From Octopus sinensis (lineage: Eukaryota): DNA of 64,000 nucleotides. The notes below the pieces were generated by a model. That model was not told the origin of the DNA, did not search any database, and worked only from the letters and a program-made list of their open reading frames with translations. The DNA lies in NCBI RefSeq assembly GCF_006345805.1, contig NC_042997.1, positions 66,712,001-66,776,000 of the forward strand. The letters run 5' to 3'. The position numbers were made by a program, and so were the translations under genes. Of the stretch, positions 61,971 to 64,000 are shown one piece after another. Position 1 is the stretch's first letter. Each line of letters starts with the position of its first letter.

Positions 61971-64000
61971 TATTTATTAATTTCCATTCGTCAAAGTACA
62001 AGTTCAATTTTCATTAGTGGTGGAGATATAAATGAGTGCATCGATTTCAGTAAAGTGACTCGATCTATTACTCAGAACAATTTGTTGACCTCTGAACAAT
62101 GAAAGACAAAGCAAGGCTGAAAATAATAATGAAACGAGATTTTTGGGAGGTCTGCTTCTCTCAACAACAATTATAATGATGAATTCTTATTGGCAAGACG
62201 ACGCTTATATTTTTAGGGAGAGAAAACAAGTGAACGTGGCATTTATGCTTTTCCCAGGAGCATTAGCATCGTTAAAGCAATGTTTTCAACTGGGAATTAA
62301 AACCCAGTTTTAGTTGTTGTTTAGCTCCAGATCAACCCTAATCAAGAAGACCTGTTATTATGAAAGGCATTCCGCCGTGTGCTCTTTTTAAAGAGGATAG
62401 GACGTCGTTTCAGGGAAATTTGACTGCTATCTCTAGCGTGTTGAATAACCACATAGAGGCTTCTAGTAAATTGCCTTCGTCGAAAATGCACTGTTGTGAC
62501 ACATTGTCCAAAATGATTTTATACAAGATGGGAGGAGAAAGTGGAAGATATGACAGTTATATTTACTCTTTAATGTTTATATTGAAATTATACTAGGCAC
62601 ATTTTTAATCGGACTAGTAAATAACTTGCATTTATATAATCGTGCTCAGCTACCCGCACGATAGCTGCCATGTTCCGCATTATCATGAAAGCCGGAATCT
62701 TTTGGGACAGCATAATATCAAATTGATAATTATAATAAAATTATTTCTGACATGAGGGACAGATATTGATGATTGTAATCAGATCATATATCAGATTTAG
62801 GACTATGTTGATACCTCTCTGAATTTTGTACTTTATTTTTGTAACAATAATATTACTCGAATCTTTGGAATAGCTAAATCCACTCTACTGCTACATTTTT
62901 TTTTTTAGTCGTAGCTATCTTAAAAGTCAAGAGCTGCTAGTCGGAGAAGCATTATTCAAAGATATAACAATACAGACATGCGCAATTCATGGAGACAACC
63001 TAATTTTTCTGTTAAACACCAATAGTTTATTTTTGACTATGCCTTCCGTTCATTTGTTTGATTACGCTATTGTAATCATGTTAAAAGTCGATCTTGCACT
63101 GTCTCTGCAGTAATAATCATCCATAGACGTAGCTACAAGTGTTCTAATAGACAGTAGATGAGATCAGCTTTCAGAAAGAAAGAAAGAAAAAAGGAATTCA
63201 ACTCCAACTATGACTGCTGAAATTTATTGATCTCTTTTCCCCTTCCTCTAACAGTTATTATTATTTTTATTATTTTCAAGTAGTATTTATGTATCGGGCT
63301 TGTTGCCAGCCTTCTATGGTTAGATTTTGCGACTTAATAATATTACCATTCATACTGCTGTTTTGTTTCAATGGTTGAGTAATTATCATGTCTGAGTCAT
63401 AACATTTTTTTTATCACATTGAATATTTTTATATTAGAAAATACGGTTTAATAACCGAGGTCTGTGAGTTTTTAGTTAAAAGATAATTAAAAATTAAATT
63501 AGTTTTAAGGAAATGTTCTTATACATTACCTTATTTAGTTATTTAGTTGTATACGCAAAAAAGAGAACCTTGAATGTTCACTTATTTTTGTGTATTATAC
63601 TTACTTTAACTAACAGCCTTTGCAATGGGATTTTCTTTCAAATTTGTTAATGCAATAATTTATCATGCACTAATTTATTGTTACTGAATTTGTTTCTACA
63701 CTAATTCCATTTTAATTATTTAGTCGGAAAATTCAGGGTATAGGTGATGAAATTTTCTCGAATTTCTTTCGTTAAGTAGTTGTCAATAGAGAAATTGTCG
63801 TTAAATGTACCATGAAAATACATAGCTCTATCGCTAATATTTATTTTAATAATGATGAACTTAGTGATGCTGATCTGGAAGTAGTTGGACGTAAATATAT
63901 GTGGCAGCCATTTTAAAGTTACCAGTCGATCATAGAACATTCTCTGATCGATGTGTTTTCAGTTTAATTTCAGAATTCGTGCATAATAAACAAATCTTTC

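Overview
AT-rich, microsatellite-dense animal genomic DNA, most likely from a coleoid cephalopod (Octopus-like). That assignment is inferred from the kinesin exon and the repeat content; no database was searched. The only host gene I can identify is kinesin heavy chain (kinesin-1/KIF5 orthologue). Its first coding exon lies at 58952-59077 (+), behind a CpG-retaining promoter region, and intron 1 runs off the right edge. The upstream ~57 kb is CpG-depleted and filled with transposon copies: RTE LINEs (one family has a PHD-like finger inside the RT and a modular hairpin-repeat 3' UTR), a BovB-like RTE with a 13-bp TSD, CR1 ends, a Penelope RT fragment, Tc1/mariner and pogo relics, TTAA- and TA-flanked MITEs, a probable solo LTR, and three tRNA-derived SINE families. 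The most interesting signals are several Penelope-type minimal hammerhead ribozyme motifs. One has an intact core (19364-19420), and two sit in an inverted pair of elements, one of which has a tRNA-like head (28765-29295). No prokaryotic system or CRISPR array is present. Most ORFs in the supplied track are artefacts of simple repeats. Edges of degenerate elements are approximate (about 10-30 nt), and family names come from recalled motifs.
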